From: Laetmonice hystrix
Taxonomy: Eukaryota
Direction: 5' to 3'
Length of the DNA stretch: 64,000 nt
Assembly (NCBI GenBank): GCA_965235115.1
Contig: OZ249439.1
Location: 31,434,001 to 31,498,000 of the forward strand
Positions within the stretch are counted from its first letter, which is position 1. Every line of letters begins with the position of its first letter. The notes beneath the pieces were generated by a model. That model was not told the origin of the DNA, made no database searches, and saw only the letters and a program-made list of their open reading frames with translations. Made by a program: the position numbers and the translations under genes. Below, one piece after another: positions 62,986 to 64,000 of this stretch.

Positions 62986-63124
62986 ACATGACGACGATGC
63001 CAGAAATCTGACCATCGATCTTGTCCTGACTGATGATCAACAAAACCCGCAATCAATACTACAAAAGATTAACAACGCGTTTCCCGTCCAGGCTCGGGTT
63101 TCTTGGGCGAATAGTTCCTCATAA
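62986..63124 (+). other. Candidate terminal coding exon
   Basis: Pyrimidine-rich acceptor CCCTCCCCCCGCCCGTCCTCTCCAG at 62985, then a phase-2 open frame HDDDARNLTIDLVLTDDQQNPQSILQKINNAFPVQARVSWANSSS*. No family recognised. Confidence 0.2.
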
Positions 63125-63514
63125 TTATGAGGCCCCACTGGAGACCCGCCTCAGGAGAAGTTCAAGACCACGCCCCTGCTCTGAGCGCTCCCGTGCCCCG
63201 CCAGCGCAAACCCCCTGCGAAGCATCATGTTGCGTCTCCTTCCCCAGCGCTCCGAAATCAAAGAATTCCGTGTGTCCAGTCGAGTGTGCACACTGAAGGT
63301 TTCTTAGTGAATTTATGGGAAAAAAGAGAGTCGGGCCCTGACACCCAGGGTTAGGGTTCCGTCAGATCATCTTGGGATTATTTCAGACTGAGTAAATACA
63401 TTCTTCCAGGGGAAGATGGTTGGGATGACGTCATCGATCTCAGTCTCTCACGTGATTCTCCTAATATGGTCACGAACCATTCTATAGAGGGTCTACACAT
63501 TCTGTGATCAGTAT

Positions 63515-63713
63515 AGGGCCCTATCCACTAAGGCGGTTTTCCTTGCCCATGTGATTTTGACATCACCCTTTTATTTTACTGTCATTTTGATATTAAAGGA
63601 TGGAACCCATTTCCTGAAATGGAGAATGTCAGCCAGGAAAAATTCCAGAGTGAAATTTAAATCAAAAATCGCATGGCCGTCGCGAGGGGAATCGCCTTAA
63701 TGGATAGGGTCCT
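63515..63713. mobile_element. PIF/Harbinger-like MITE family B, copy 2 (more diverged)
   Basis: AGGGCCCTATCCACTAAGGCG ... CGCCTTAATGGATAGGGTCCT; internal sequence matches 31191-31406. Confidence 0.85.
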
Positions 63714-64000
63714 CCTTCCGTTCGTTAAGATTCTGCATTGAAATACGTACAAGTGAATGTAAACGTGTTTGGGCGATAGGTGAGAGAATGAGAGAATGTG
63801 AGCTTCATATCTATACACTATCTTTAGGGCCAGTAAATTAAAATGGCAAGGTTTTCATATAGTACAATCTGCTACTGATGACGATGGTGGCGATGAAGAA
63901 CCTATACATGTACGTGTAGTTGACAAAAGTGTTATAAAAAGTTAAAGACTACATAAAAACACTTTTAATTTGTCGTATAATTCTCTTCTAAGCCCCCCCC

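Overview
This is eukaryotic, gene-poor DNA, probably from a marine invertebrate (inferred from the repeat landscape and homopolymer C/G runs). It includes a 280-N assembly gap at 21793-22072. I found no intact protein-coding gene, rRNA, tRNA or CRISPR array, and the long ORFs in the track are artefacts of tandem repeats or the gap. About 12 unrelated minisatellite arrays (units of 30-76 bp) cover roughly 12 kb, about 19% of the window. Many non-autonomous DNA transposons have readable TIRs and TSDs: four copies of one Tc1/mariner MITE, two other Tc1/mariner elements (one keeping the transposase C-terminus), a Kolobok-type TTAA MITE with perfect 55-bp TIRs, hAT-like and PIF/Harbinger-like MITEs. 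There are also heavily decayed retroelement remnants (L1/Tx1-like ORF2, an SGNH-esterase LINE ORF1, Gypsy gag-like), recognised by eye only. The most intriguing unexplained items are three paralogous ~55-nt hairpins with conserved arms and variable loops at 16.0-17.4 kb (candidate miRNA cluster or dyad sites), about 65 tandem canonical G-quadruplex motifs, and three abutting palindromic promoter motifs at 51933-51960. I cannot support a claim of a genuinely new biological system from the sequence alone.
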